Positions 1-6,760 are shown, counted from the stretch's first letter. The stretch is DNA of 10,339 nt from Chamaesiphon sp. (GCA_965246715.1 CBDFFH010000006.1:1-10339), one strand, 5' to 3'. Translations and numbers: made by a program. The notes: a model not told the origin generated them from the letters alone.

Positions 1-93
1 TATTCTAACTCTTAATATTATCGATCGAGTGAATTGTTCGATCGGATGGGAGCCGCTCGATCGAGTTCTGCCTCATCCGCAACATCAGACGAT

Positions 94-115
94 TACCTCC
101 GGTAGGCTACGCCAA
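94..115 (-). repeat. Short dispersed cyanobacterial repeat (TTGGCGTAGCC + small hairpin TACC-GGA-GGTA)
   Basis: The minus strand reads TTGGCGTAGCCTACCGGAGGTA. A related copy, TTGGCGCAAGCCTGCCGTAGGCA, is at 4422-4444. Confidence 0.5.
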
Positions 116-117
116 AG

Positions 118-138
118 TCCAGATCGTTGGCGATCGGA
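118..138 (-). terminator. Possible 3' hairpin / weak terminator of smtA
   Basis: Minus-strand TCC-GATCG-CCAA-CGATC-T-GGA, 12 nt after the smtA stop, is followed only by CTTT. Confidence 0.3.
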
Positions 139-150
139 TTGAGTGGGCAT

Positions 151-324
151 CTAAGCTTTGCTACTACATCCACAGCCTGTATTTCCGCAACCTTGTCCGG
201 CGGGATGACCGTTAGCACAAGCTTCGCTACAGTAATGTTTATTATCTTTGACGAGCGCATCTGATAGTGAAACTATGCATAAACAAGGTTCGCACGCACA
301 TTTCATTTGGGTAACAGTAGACAT
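151..324 (-). CDS. smtA: Bacterial (cyanobacterial) metallothionein, SmtA/BmtA family, 57 aa
   Basis: Manual translation of the minus strand: MSTVTQMKCACEPCLCIVSLSDALVKDNKHYCSEACANGHPAGQGCGNTGCGCSSKA*. It has the KCACEPCLC, YCSEACANGH and GCGxTGCxC motifs (9 Cys) typical of SmtA, an AGGAG RBS upstream (plus-strand ctcct 331-335) and a TAG stop at 151-153. It is below the ORF-track size cut-off. Confidence 0.96.
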   Translation of the reverse strand: MSTVTQMKCACEPCLCIVSLSDALVKDNKHYCSEACANGHPAGQGCGNTGCGCSSKA

Positions 325-359
325 ATCAGGCTCCTAAAATACCTTTATGTTTATATCTT

Positions 360-385
360 AACATATGAATGATTATTCAGGCATT
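360..385. promoter_or_regulatory. SmtB/ZiaR (ArsR-family) metal-responsive operator, 12-2-12 imperfect inverted repeat
   Basis: AACATATGAATG-AT-TATTCAGGCATT has the TGAA-N6-TTCA core (366-369, 376-379) of SmtB/ZiaR boxes. It lies 35 bp upstream of the smtA start and abuts an extended -10-like TGTTAAGAT on the minus strand (355-363). Confidence 0.85.
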
Positions 386-528
386 TATTTTTACAGCCAG
401 GGCAATTGGCGCATCGATCGAGAATTACCATGCTCAAGCAGCAAACCTGGGAAATAACGTCGCCACGCCAGCTAGATCGGTACGGGCATCTGGTAAAGTT
501 ACCAATAGCGGCGAATTGGGATTAGATC

Positions 529-2259
529 GTGAATCAACTTTGGGCATATTTAATCATTGAAGAATTGGTCAGAAATGCGATCGATTACTTTGTCATTTCG
601 CCGGGTTCTCGATCGACACCATTAACGGTCAGCGTGGCTCAAAACTCGTCAGCTCAACATATTATTTGTATAGACGAACGCGGTGCGGCATTTCATGCAG
701 TTGGCTACGCGCGTGCTACAGGCAAACCAGCCGTATTAATTTGTACCTCTGGCTCGGCTGCTGCTAACTATTTCCCCGCAGTAATCGAAGCAGCTACAGA
801 TGGTGTGCCGATGATAATACTATCTGCCGATCGACCGCCAGAATTGCGGCAGACGGGGGCAAATCAGACGATCGAGCAGGTGAATTTATATGGGGCATAC
901 CCCAACTGGCAATTCGATTTACCTTGCCCTACCGCCGAAATTGAGCCGAAAATGGTGTTGACGACGATCGATCTAGCCGTCGCTCGATCGCAACAATCTC
1001 CCAGTGGTGTGGTCCATCTCAATTGCATGTTTCGCGAACCATTAGCACCCACAACCGCACCGATCCACCTACCCCTGAGTTTGCAGCAATGGCAAATAAG
1101 TGGGGCTCCTTATACCCGTTATGCGGGTAAATTAACCATTCCGGCTGCTGTCGAAATCCAGTCTCTAATTAACATCATGCAACGCACGATTAAAGGCGTT
1201 GTGGTAGTAGGGCAACTAAAATCTGCGGTAGAAAGCAAAGCTGTATTGCGATTGGCAGCTAAGTTAAATTGGGCTGTGTTTGCTGATATTCAATCGGGGT
1301 TGCGATTGAGTGACGATTTGCCGAATTTAATCCATTATTTCGATCTATTATTACTCACAGATCGATCGATCTTACTCGATCGGATCGATACGGTAATTCA
1401 GTTCGGCACCAGAATCGTCTCTACCCGGTGGCTAAAATGGTTAGAGCAAAATCCGCCCATCCATTATGTCGCGATCGTTAATGATGCCGAACGTCACGAT
1501 CCCAGTCATTTAGTCTCACTGCGGATCGAAGCTGACATCGCCGAGCTGTGCACTCGATTAGCGCGAGATTTATTACCATCCTCGCAGTCGCCGTGGGTAC
1601 GCAAATTACGACAGGCTTCAGATCACATCGGGGTTTCAGTCGATAAATTTTTAAAAACCGCTAAATTAACCGAACCCTCGATCGCGCGAATTATCTCTCA
1701 ACTCATCCCCTCTCAGCATGGTTTATGGGTGGGGAATAGTATGCCGATTCGCGATCTAGATATGTATGGGGTCAAAGATAAAATCGGCTTACGGATTGGG
1801 GCAAATCGGGGCACGAGTGGGATTGAAGGTGCGATCGCTGCTGCAACAGGGTTTGCAGCGGGTTTACAAGCGCCAGTGACAGCAATTATCGGCGATTTAG
1901 CCAGTCTGCACGATTTAAATTCGCTGGCATTATTGCAGCGAAGTTTACAACCAGTAGTTGTCATCATTATTAACAACGATGGTGGCGGGATTTTTTCGTT
2001 CTTACCGATCGCTAAATCCACCGATATCTTCGAGCCTTATTTTGGCACCCCGCATGGCTTAAATTTCGCTCATGCAGCGGCAATGTTTGCGATCGACTAC
2101 TATCATCCACTCGATCGATCTGAGTTTATCGCCAATTATACCCAATCGTTAGAGCTTGGACGCACTGCCATCATTGAGGTCACAACCGATCGAGCTGAAA
2201 ATTGGCAATTCCATCAAGCTCTTCAGCAATATCTTCAGTTGAGAGAGGATAGGGGATAG
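529..2259 (+). CDS. menD: 2-succinyl-5-enolpyruvyl-6-hydroxy-3-cyclohexene-1-carboxylate synthase (MenD; phylloquinone/menaquinone pathway)
   Basis: 576 aa with MenD motifs ISPGSRSTPL, DERGAAF, CTSGSAAAN, ADRPPEL..GANQTI, VHLNCMFREPL, GNSMPIRD, NRGTSGIEG, the ThDP-binding GDLASLHDLN...NNDGGGIF and FGTPH. Confidence 0.97.
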   Translation: MNQLWAYLIIEELVRNAIDYFVISPGSRSTPLTVSVAQNSSAQHIICIDERGAAFHAVGYARATGKPAVLICTSGSAAANYFPAVIEAATDGVPMIILSADRPPELRQTGANQTIEQVNLYGAYPNWQFDLPCPTAEIEPKMVLTTIDLAVARSQQSPSGVVHLNCMFREPLAPTTAPIHLPLSLQQWQISGAPYTRYAGKLTIPAAVEIQSLINIMQRTIKGVVVVGQLKSAVESKAVLRLAAKLNWAVFADIQSGLRLSDDLPNLIHYFDLLLLTDRSILLDRIDTVIQFGTRIVSTRWLKWLEQNPPIHYVAIVNDAERHDPSHLVSLRIEADIAELCTRLARDLLPSSQSPWVRKLRQASDHIGVSVDKFLKTAKLTEPSIARIISQLIPSQHGLWVGNSMPIRDLDMYGVKDKIGLRIGANRGTSGIEGAIAAATGFAAGLQAPVTAIIGDLASLHDLNSLALLQRSLQPVVVIIINNDGGGIFSFLPIAKSTDIFEPYFGTPHGLNFAHAAAMFAIDYYHPLDRSEFIANYTQSLELGRTAIIEVTTDRAENWQFHQALQQYLQLREDRG

Positions 2260-2294
2260 GGAATAGGGAATAGGGAATAGGGAATAGGGAATAG
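2245..2294 (+). repeat. Heptamer tandem repeat (GGGAATA)5 plus two degenerate units; STRR-like
   Basis: GAGGATA GGGGATA followed by five perfect GGGAATA units (2259-2293). It overlaps the last codons and the TAG stop of menD. Confidence 0.92.
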
Positions 2295-2452
2295 TACTCG
2301 TTCACATTTCCTCATCTCAATCCTTAAATTAAGAGTGACAATCTAGTACTTTATGCTGAAACGCTCGGTTTTGAGTAACTCCGAGCGGAAATTAGGCGCA
2401 GTAGCGTGTAGCTATTTGACGAGAATATTTCTACTTTCTAAATTTAAAATAT

Positions 2453-3409
2453 ATGCGTACTTCCGATCGGTTAACGGCAATTTTGACAGGAACGGCAGTC
2501 GTTAGTGCGATCGTCATCACCTTGCCTCATGCGGCTCAAGCTTTGCCAGGTTCCCAGATTAATGACATTGCGCGGGAAGTAACTGTCTTAATTCGCGGCG
2601 AGCAGGGACATGGTTCTGGGGTAATCGTCAACAAAAAGGGTAGTACATACTATGTTTTAACTGCCGAACATGTAATCAGACAAAAAGATGACTTTAAACT
2701 TATAACAGCCGATAAGCAGGCATACACAATAGACTATAGCAAGATCGAAAAAATTAAGGGAGTCGATTTAGCGATCGTACCATTCACCAGCGATAAAAAT
2801 TACCAGACTGCAAAAATTAGCACCGCCAAAGCTAACGAAGGACAAGCGGTATATCTCTCTGGTTGGCCTTTAAATGGCGCAATCGGGAATGCGGCTGGGG
2901 GCGAGCTAGTTCGTCAATTTACCAGTGGTAGTATCTCTGCCTTCCTGCCCCAATCACTGAATGGTTATAGCATGATCTATACTAATGTCTCCCGTGCGGG
3001 GATGAGTGGTTGTCCAGTCCTGGACACTGCGGGCAGATTAGTTGGGATTCATGGCATGGGGGATAAAGAAGATCCGCATCAACTGATGGAATCCGGATTG
3101 AGTCAAGAAACGGCATCAGGTTTGGCTGCTAAAATCAAACCTGGATTTAACTATGCTGTGCCAATTGGTGTGTTCTTAGAACAGTCGCAATCTGTTGGGC
3201 TAGATGCCAATGCCCTGACGATCGATAAATCTGCCGCTCCAGAACCAGGTGAGGCTTATGTTGCTGGCGAGAAGCCAGATCCGCGTGATAAAATCGATGA
3301 TATCCAGATCACATTAAAAACGGTCAAAGGGATCACTAAAACTTTGAAGGATACTCGCGAAACAATCCAAGATTTCCGGGATACGATCCGCAATCCGTTT
3401 GGGTTCTAA
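2453..3409 (+). CDS. Trypsin-like (S1/Trypsin_2) serine protease with N-terminal signal peptide, no PDZ/TPR domain
   Basis: Hydrophobic N-terminus ending AQA, GSGVIV, and the catalytic triad motifs VLTAEHV (His), DLAIV (Asp) and AGMSGCPVL (Ser), followed by LVGIHG. Confidence 0.9.
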   Translation: MRTSDRLTAILTGTAVVSAIVITLPHAAQALPGSQINDIAREVTVLIRGEQGHGSGVIVNKKGSTYYVLTAEHVIRQKDDFKLITADKQAYTIDYSKIEKIKGVDLAIVPFTSDKNYQTAKISTAKANEGQAVYLSGWPLNGAIGNAAGGELVRQFTSGSISAFLPQSLNGYSMIYTNVSRAGMSGCPVLDTAGRLVGIHGMGDKEDPHQLMESGLSQETASGLAAKIKPGFNYAVPIGVFLEQSQSVGLDANALTIDKSAAPEPGEAYVAGEKPDPRDKIDDIQITLKTVKGITKTLKDTRETIQDFRDTIRNPFGF

Positions 3410-3460
3410 ATTAAATACTCAAATCAGCCGATCGACATTTAACTTAAATATTCAACAGTG

Positions 3461-3528
3461 GTGAGGGTAGGTTTTGCCGAGAAATGCCTGGTAAATATCG
3501 CATCATGCTTGCATAAACCTACCCCTAC
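3461..3528. repeat. REP-like GTAG-type palindromic element
   Basis: GTGAGGGTAGGTTT (3461-3474) and AAACCTACCCCTAC (3515-3528) form an inverted pair (12/14) around a 40-nt spacer. Confidence 0.65.
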
Positions 3529-3535
3529 AGATTCT

Positions 3536-3668
3536 GGCGTTGCTGATTTGAGGTATGAAATGCACAAATAATTTTTGTAGGGGTAATGCCTTGTGCTTAC
3601 CCCGCATCGATTCAGGGTACCCACGAGGGGCACCCCTACAAAAAATCATACATCATTTCAGCAATGCC
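3536..3668. mobile_element. MITE (133 bp), 23-bp TIRs, 8-bp target-site duplication CAGATTCT; possibly IS1-type ends
   Basis: Left end GGCGTTGCTGATTTGAGGTATGA (3536-3558) versus reverse complement of right end GGCATTGCTGAAATGATGTATGA (3646-3668): 19/23 match. CAGATTCT occurs at 3528-3535 and 3669-3676. An internal REP-like doublet spans 3572-3644. Confidence 0.9.
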
Positions 3669-3749
3669 CAGATTCTAACCTGAAGAATGAAATAGTCCTG
3701 TCTACTGTCCACTCAGCTAGATTAGGATAAGATAAACACTAGCAAGATT

Positions 3750-4340
3750 GTGCCTCAAGTTTCTCTAGATAATTTAATTATTGCGGCTAAAGCTGGTAAC
3801 TTAGTCAGCTTTCCCACCGATACCGTGCCTGCCCTCGCAACACTACCCGACTGCGCCGAATTAATATTTCAGACTAAACAGCGAAGTCAAGATAAGCCAC
3901 TGATTTTAATGGTGGGTGAAGTAGCCGATCTATGGCAATTTACGCAGGGAACCGATCTCGAAATTAAGATTTGGCAAGCAGTTGCCGATCGATATTTACC
4001 TGGTGCTTTAACTTTGGTTTTACCTGCATCAGCTCGCGTTCCAGTTGTGATGAATCCACTGAGGAATAATACAATTGGCGTGCGAGTTCCCGCCCACGCT
4101 CTCGCGAGATCGATCCTCGATCGTACAGGGGCTTTAGTAACTACTAGTGCTAATTTATCTGGTTGCCCGCCACTGTTGACAATGGCAGAAATTAGCGATA
4201 ATTTTCCTCAAGTGTTCACATTAGATGTTGGCGTTGATGCGGCGGAGCCAGCTCGATCTCAACCATCCACAGTGATTAAATGGACGGGTAATAGTTGGCA
4301 ATTACTCAGACAGGGTGCAATTAATTTTATCGGTGTTTAA
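3750..4340 (+). CDS. tsaC: L-threonylcarbamoyladenylate synthase (Sua5/YrdC/TsaC family)
   Basis: 196 aa with motifs SFPTDTVPAL, IFQTKQRSQDKPL, PGALTLVL, IGVRVP, TTSANLSG, PSTVI and LLRQG. Confidence 0.92.
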   Translation: MPQVSLDNLIIAAKAGNLVSFPTDTVPALATLPDCAELIFQTKQRSQDKPLILMVGEVADLWQFTQGTDLEIKIWQAVADRYLPGALTLVLPASARVPVVMNPLRNNTIGVRVPAHALARSILDRTGALVTTSANLSGCPPLLTMAEISDNFPQVFTLDVGVDAAEPARSQPSTVIKWTGNSWQLLRQGAINFIGV

Positions 4341-4344
4341 ATTA

Positions 4345-4505
4345 TAGCGATAGCCAAGGTCGTTAGGACGTTTTCTAATTAGTCTGCGAATGCAGACTTT
4401 GCATCACTAGCGGTACTCGCGTTGGCGCAAGCCTGCCGTAGGCACAGCGTATCCGATAGGATGGTTTCAATCGCTGTAGTGTCCTAACAGCCTTGGCAGT
4501 TGCTA
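4345..4505. mobile_element. MITE (~161 bp) with IS630/Tc1-type ends and TA target duplication
   Basis: TATAGCGATAGCCAAGGTCGTTAGGAC (4343-4369) versus reverse complement of 4481-4507, TATAGCAACTGCCAAGGCTGTTAGGAC: 22/27 match, with TA on both sides. Internal hairpins at 4381-4398, 4434-4444 and 4451-4462. Confidence 0.85.
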
Positions 4506-4528
4506 TATAATTTCGATCGTCCAACAAT

Positions 4529-6439
4529 GGGGTACAGCCGAGATACGGATACTGTTGGCGAATTCAAAAATCGATCGAGCGGGTGGGCAGACGGTCGGGT
4601 CAATGTGTGGATGAAAGTAGGTTGCCACTCAAACAACAACTCACAAATTTTGCGAGAGTATCGATCGGTTAAAATAAACTTATCGGATTGAGGTGAGCAT
4701 ATGTGTCTACATCCTGAATTAATTCCTCCCGTTCCAGAAATCACTGCCAAAGTAGCCAAAGCAGCATTCCCCAAAGGCAATAAATATATGCGGTTGAGAG
4801 ATGAGCTGGGAGTGTTTTACCAAGATGAAGAATTTGCTGAATTATATCCAAATCGAGGGCAGTCAGGAATTGCCCCCTGGCGATTAGTGATGATTCTAAT
4901 CATGCAGTTTTTAGAAAATCTATCAGACAGGCAAGCAGCGGATGCCGTCAGAGGAAGAATTGATTGGAAGTATGCGTTATCGCTAGAATTAGAAGATGAC
5001 GGATTTGACTTTTCAGTTTTAAGTGAATTCCGCGTTCGCTTGATATCAGGTGGCAGATCTCAACAAATCCTAGATAAAATGTTGTCTAAATTTGGAGAGT
5101 TAGGACTATTAAAATCAAAAGGAAAAGCGCGGACTGATTCAACTCACATTCTGGCAATTGTTCAAGAACTAACTAAAATAGGACATCTTGAAGAAACTTT
5201 AAAGTCTGCTTTAAATACACTAGCGAAAGTAGCTCCGAATTGGCTAGAGAGAATTATTGACAGTGATTGGTACGATCGCTACGGTCAAAAAGACGGATAT
5301 TCAAGAAAGACTAGAACTACCGAGGAAAAAGAAGCTAAAGCTATTGAGATTGGAACTGATGGTTTCTACCTACTTGAAGCGATCTACCATGAGACTACTC
5401 CCGATGCAATCCGCCAAATCCAGGCAGTAGAAGTACTACGTCAAGTCTGGCTCCAGCAATATTATGCACCCACAGAAGGAACAGTTCTACTACGGACAGA
5501 AAAAGATGGCCCACCTAATGCCACCAGAATTTTTTCCCCTTATGAGACTGAAGCTCGTAAAAGTATCAAACGCTCTACCAAATGGACTGGTTATAAAGTT
5601 CATTTAACCGAAACTTGTGAGGAAGATTTACCACATTTAATTACTCATGTCGAAACTACGGTAGCGACAACGCAAGATTCTACAGTTTTACCTTCAATTC
5701 ATAAGGCTTTGGCAGAAAAGGAAGTTTTACCTCAATATCATTTAGTTGATATGGGCTATACTTCTGCACAGTTAATTGTCAGTAGCCAACAAGAATATGA
5801 CATCGATTTGGTTGGCCCAGTTGCTCTAAATGCTCAATGGCAAGCTAAAGAAGAAGCAGGATTCGATTTGTTTAGCTTTCAAGTTAATTGGAAACGAAAA
5901 GTGGTTTATTGCCCACAAGGTAAACGTAGTCGGCTCTGGAAAAATAGTCATGATGCTTATGGAAAACCAACAATCCATGTTGAATTTAGTAAAAGTGACT
6001 GTTCTGCTTGTCCGGTGCGTAGTCAATGCACTCGTGCTCCTGTCAATCCGCGTGGTTTAACTTTTATGATTCAAGCAGATTATGAGGCTTTAGTTAATGC
6101 TCGTGCCAGACAAAAAACGGCAGAATTCAAGCAAGAATATTCTTTGCGATCGGGAATTGAAGGGACTATCTCTCAAGGTATTCGTGGTTTTAATTTACGC
6201 AAGTGTCGTTATATTGGATTAGAAAAAACTCGGCTTCAACATACTTTGACCGCAGCAGCGATGAATCTAGAGCGGATTTATGCTTGGCTCGAAGAGATTC
6301 CTCTGGCTCAAACTCGCCGTTCTCATTTTGAAAAAATGGCTCGTCGGAAGCGCGTGACCTGAATCGCCAGCGTTTCGCAATCGCCAGAACCGATCGATTT
6401 TTGAATTCGCCAACAGTATCCGTATCTCGGCTGTACCCC
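4529..6439 (+). mobile_element. IS1182-family insertion sequence bounded by a perfect 49-bp inverted repeat
   Basis: 4529-4577 GGGGTACAGCCGAGATACGGATACTGTTGGCGAATTCAAAAATCGATCG is the exact reverse complement of 6391-6439 and encloses the transposase. The IS proper may be 4548-6420 (see findings). There is no direct repeat outside 4529/6439. Confidence 0.9.
4701..6362 (+). CDS. IS1182-family DDE transposase, apparently intact
   Basis: 553 aa. It has a DUF772-like N-terminus (LSDRQAADAVRGRIDWKYAL...FDFSVLSEFR), RTDSTH, GYKVHLTET, LVDMGY, a Cys cluster CPQG...CSACPVRSQC and YSLRSGIEGTISQ...RYIGLEK. RBS GAGGTG lies upstream. Confidence 0.93.
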   Translation: MCLHPELIPPVPEITAKVAKAAFPKGNKYMRLRDELGVFYQDEEFAELYPNRGQSGIAPWRLVMILIMQFLENLSDRQAADAVRGRIDWKYALSLELEDDGFDFSVLSEFRVRLISGGRSQQILDKMLSKFGELGLLKSKGKARTDSTHILAIVQELTKIGHLEETLKSALNTLAKVAPNWLERIIDSDWYDRYGQKDGYSRKTRTTEEKEAKAIEIGTDGFYLLEAIYHETTPDAIRQIQAVEVLRQVWLQQYYAPTEGTVLLRTEKDGPPNATRIFSPYETEARKSIKRSTKWTGYKVHLTETCEEDLPHLITHVETTVATTQDSTVLPSIHKALAEKEVLPQYHLVDMGYTSAQLIVSSQQEYDIDLVGPVALNAQWQAKEEAGFDLFSFQVNWKRKVVYCPQGKRSRLWKNSHDAYGKPTIHVEFSKSDCSACPVRSQCTRAPVNPRGLTFMIQADYEALVNARARQKTAEFKQEYSLRSGIEGTISQGIRGFNLRKCRYIGLEKTRLQHTLTAAAMNLERIYAWLEEIPLAQTRRSHFEKMARRKRVT

Positions 6440-6440
6440 T

Positions 6441-6653
6441 AAACCATCTGATTGTTGTACTGGATTTCGCCCACTCCCAAGCCGTTTTGACACCCTGCTC
6501 GAATAGTCTGGCATTCTTGACCCCTGCTTGTGCGCCGATCCAGTACCGAGTTTCCCTTTCGATAAAATGGATTGTCCATCCTTTACTGGCTGAGGGGGAA
6601 AGGTTCTCGCCTACGCGAGTATATACTTCGTCTCCCTCTATTGTTACCTCTGC
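6441..6653 (-). pseudogene. Internal fragment of an IS1-family-like DDE transposase
   Basis: Manual minus-strand translation AEVTIEGDEVYTRVGENLSPSASKGWTIHFIERETRYWIGAQAGVKNARLFEQGVKTAWEWAKSSTTIRWF. The EGDExYTRVG motif resembles the first catalytic Asp region of cyanobacterial IS1-like transposases. There is no start codon, and the fragment ends at the 49-bp IR. Confidence 0.7.
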
Positions 6654-6656
6654 TCA

Positions 6657-6760
6657 GTGCCTTATTACTGACTATGGCATTGCGTTATGGTGGACGGCAA
6701 TGGTGATGACGACAATCGGATCTGACTAGATCGCCGCGAAGGTTCGACAGTATTTTGCCA
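6657..6760 (+). pseudogene. Fragment of an ion-transporter / K+-channel-family gene (pore helix)
   Basis: Reads LITDYGIALWWTAMVMTTIGSD*, resembling the ALWWTAMxMTTxGSxY pore region of bacterial Ion_trans_2 proteins, then a stop and degeneration. Confidence 0.6.

Noticed and set aside
369..560. 63-aa ORF divergent from smtA as a possible smtB
   Set aside because: It has no ArsR helix-turn-helix or metal-site motifs, starts inside the operator and overlaps menD, so it is likely spurious.
864..2021. Antisense ORFs within menD (864-1052, 1713-2021) and similar shadow ORFs in the transposase, PNPOx and ATPase genes
   Set aside because: They are fully overlapped by well-supported genes on another frame or strand and have no independent motifs.
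2245..2294. Tandem repeat as a CRISPR array
   Set aside because: The units are 7 bp with no spacers, and there are no cas genes in the window.
2361..2410. Glutamine (glnA) riboswitch, suggested by CGGAAATTAGG
   Set aside because: It lacks the CGTT...GAAGGAACG P1/E-loop consensus and a P3 stem. Kept only as a generic hairpin.
3439..3633. 64-aa minus-strand ORF
   Set aside because: It runs through REP-like and MITE sequence and has no protein-like features.
4484..4780. ORFs 4484-4780 (-) and 4500-4691 (+) as IS accessory genes
   Set aside because: They cross MITE and IS boundaries and have no RBS or recognisable motifs.
4529..6439. Tn3-family transposon, suggested by GGGG ends
   Set aside because: There is no Tn3 transposase or resolvase, no 5-bp TSD and no 38-bp IR ending in TAAG, and the enclosed enzyme is IS1182-type.
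6487..6729. 80-aa plus-strand ORF as a real small membrane protein
   Set aside because: It is explained as antisense transposase sequence fused to a channel fragment.
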